A stretch of DNA of 8,700 nt, counting the filler, from Gonapodya sp. JEL0774 (taxonomy: Eukaryota), in the NCBI GenBank assembly GCA_027604505.1. It is 8 parts of 8 records of this genome, joined end to end, with 100 filler letters (N's around TTAATTAATTAA, not from the genome) between each part and the next. Parts side by side here need not be neighbours in the genome. Positions count along the whole stretch, not along the records: positions 7,701 to 8,700 come from JADIIX010004236.1; 7 more parts are not named here. The stretch is one strand, 5' to 3'. The position numbers and the translations under genes were made by a program. The notes below the pieces were generated by a model. That model had not been told where the DNA came from. It saw only the letters and a list, made by a program, of their open reading frames with translations, and searched no databases. Numbering within the stretch: the first letter of the stretch is position 1; the number at the start of each line of letters is the position of its first letter. Shown here one piece after another: positions 7,777 to 8,700 of this stretch.

Positions 7777-8138
7777 TTAACCATTATAATATTTCTCGAT
7801 TCGCATCAGGATCAACAATTCAAACCCGTTCATCGAGAATCGACGTAGAAACTCGCGAGATTGCGGGTTTTATTAAAGAGAGGGAGTGACTGAGTTCGAG
7901 GGGGTGGGTTGGAAGGGCATTGATCCGAGAAAAGGATGCGCAGCAACGCAAGCAGATTGCGTGAGATTTCGGTGAGTTACGATGCTCCAATGAGTAGTTA
8001 AATGCGGTAGTTGACGTCTTGTAAGGTCAGCGCACCTCATTTCTCAAACAGGCAATTGAACGAAGAGTTCTTGGTGGGATGATCACCACAAGGAGCTTTG
8101 CTGCATTTGCACGTTGATTTATTAGTAATATGTGGCAT

Positions 8139-8503
8139 TCAGTCATGGTAGGGTATGTGGGATTCGCATAAACGGTCGTGCTGTGGGAAGCCAAATTAAA
8201 GCCAAGATCCAAACGAGCAGTCAAGTACGCCTCCGTCACAGGTCACCTCTTCCCAAACCTAACATACCTCCACATCAACCACACTGCAGGCTCCCGACCT
8301 GCCATTTCCACCCTCGGAGTATTAGTTGACCAGATTTCTCGTGCCGTACCTCCTCACTGCACGGTTTTCCCCGCTGTACCATATCGACACCAAACGTTTG
8401 CAAAAGTGTTCCAACAAGTTCTTTATTGTTGGCCCTCGATCCATCATGATTGGAATGTCGATAAGCCTGTGAAAGTTCGTGGTGGAGTGCGGGTCAAATG
8501 AAC
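8139..8503 (-). other. Possible spliced coding remnant of unknown function (gene 3' end or pseudogene)
   Basis: Phase-consistent exons 8503-8380, 8298-8268 and 8180-8139 with GT-AG introns of 81 and 87 nt give SFDPHSTTNFHRLIDIPIMMDRGPTIKNLLEHFCKRLVSIWSGACSVVDVEHDRLCESHIPYHD*. I recognise no domain. Confidence 0.35.
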
Positions 8504-8700
8504 CTGTCGAGCTCCAGCACAAACGCAGACTGCAGTGCTGGGGACGGATTTCAGTTATCGTGAGGGGCTGAGATCGGAATCCGCATTTTCGGGCATGTGT
8601 TCCCTTCACCCCGTGGACTTTATTTTCCTACAGTACTCAGCCATGCTATATAGCTAATGCATATATTTTCGGTCACTAAATGGCGGTGATGACAGCTCAC

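Overview
This window is not contiguous genomic DNA. It consists of eight 1000-bp fragments joined by seven identical artificial 100-bp spacers (44 N + TTAATTAATTAA + 44 N), so nothing can be inferred from which genes lie next to each other. The fragments look like an intron-dense fungal genome (GT-AG introns mostly about 60-115 nt, GTGAGT-type donors). The ORF track only makes sense after manual splicing. Spliced by hand, the fragments contain: (1) a flavin monooxygenase of the BVMO/FMO type on the minus strand, with a 12-nt microexon; (2) the C-terminal part of a short-type heme-thiolate peroxidase/unspecific peroxygenase on the plus strand; (3) an Agd3-like (CE18) polysaccharide deacetylase on the minus strand, with an apparent 5-nt microexon; (4) the C-terminus of a DUF3712-like protein on the minus strand; (5) a strongly diverged TFIIB-like two-cyclin-fold protein on the minus strand; (6) a non-coding, strand-skewed region resembling a promoter or 5'UTR; (7) an F-box-like/XPA-C-like gene with an in-frame TGA, probably a pseudogene; (8) one end of a PIF/Harbinger-type element plus a weak spliced gene remnant. 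I found no multi-gene novel system. All family calls come from motifs recognised by eye, not from database searches.
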